In this document: in pieces, positions 63,577 to 64,000 of the stretch | How positions within the stretch are numbered: the stretch's first letter is position 1 | Layout of the letters: the number at the start of each line of letters is the position of its first letter | Assembly: GCA_000004695.1 (NCBI GenBank) | Contig: CM000152.2 | Location: 1,696,001 to 1,760,000, forward strand | Source of the DNA: Dictyostelium discoideum | Lineage: Eukaryota | Reading direction: 5' to 3' | Length of the DNA stretch: 64,000 nt | Program-made: the position numbers and the translations under genes | Notes under the pieces: model-generated | What the model saw: only the letters and a program-made list of their open reading frames with translations | The model's database searches: none | Told to the model about the DNA's origin: nothing

Positions 63577-64000
63577 TCAAAAAAAAAAATAAAAAAAATA
63601 AAAAATAAAAAAATTTTTTTTTTACATTCCAATGTAAAAACTATGTCAATTTTTTACGTTTCTCAGGTTTTTTTTTTTGAGGCATGCCAAATTTTTTTTG
63701 TGTGACTCGGGCTAAGAAAAAAAAAAAAAAAAATTATCATCTTTCTTTTTTTACGAGTACATACAAAAGGTGTGTGATATCTATTTTATTTTTTTTATTC
63801 ATATTATTTGTTTGTTTTCAAAAAAAAAAAAAAAAATAAAAAAAAAATAATAAAAAAAAAAAATAATAATAAGAGAGATAAAAAAAAATAAAAAAAAATA
63901 CAGTTATTAGAGATGAAGTTTATAAATAAATAAAATCAAATAATTAAGACACACAATATTTTCAATTTTATAATTATAAAGAATTTTTTTTTTTTTATTG

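Overview
The window is eukaryotic nuclear DNA with every hallmark of Dictyostelium discoideum, not a prokaryotic locus. It is about 78% A+T, with long homopolymer A/T intergenic tracts and CAA/AAT-encoded poly-Q/poly-N runs inside genes. Introns are short (74-145 nt) with GTAAGT/GTATGT donors, and codon usage is strongly biased (GGT, GAT, TAT, GAA, CAA). Operon, CRISPR and defence-island logic therefore does not apply, and I found no rRNA, tRNA or CRISPR. I read about 25 protein-coding genes on both strands and worked out exon/intron structure by hand for most of them; some coordinates are approximate (+/-1-3 nt).

Genes, in order along the window:
- PIKfyve/Fab1 kinase C-terminus (5' partial)
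- a 150-aa centrin-like EF-hand protein
- THUMPD1
- a MED16-like WD-repeat plus C-terminal Cys4 protein with a >700-aa Q/N-rich tail
- IRP-type cytosolic aconitase (5 exons)
- a secreted Cys-rich protein
- TAF4
- a TopBP1-like multi-BRCT protein
- Vps39
- OSTC/DC2
- a Q-rich coiled-coil protein
- BRK1/HSPC300
- a CCCH zinc-finger protein
- a P5B (PPALP) P-type ATPase
- ZNF830
- a (D/N)GY(D/N)(E/K) pentapeptide-repeat protein
- two inverted paralogous papain-family cysteine proteinases with Ser/Gly-rich inserts
- a FNIP-repeat protein
- a PARP (zf-PARP, PADR1, WGR, catalytic)
- Noc1/Mak21/CEBPZ
- RPL21
- a tandem triplicated array of small secreted thioredoxin-fold (PDI a-domain-like) genes whose CGHC active site is replaced by SGHC/SLHC.

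Notable non-genic structure:
- three exact 100-N assembly gaps, each inside a coding repeat
- very long pure microsatellites: (AT)~164 inside a Noc1 intron, and a (CAA)47-(TA)48-(AAT)55 cluster
- a 31-bp near-perfect inverted repeat
- conserved TGAGTCA elements upstream of two of the thioredoxin-like genes
- one lone in-frame stop splitting an otherwise continuous 4-kb Q-rich frame
- an apparent 1-nt frameshift in the PARP PADR1 zinc finger.

The most novel candidates are the SxxC thioredoxin-like tandem array and the GY(D/N) pentapeptide-repeat protein.
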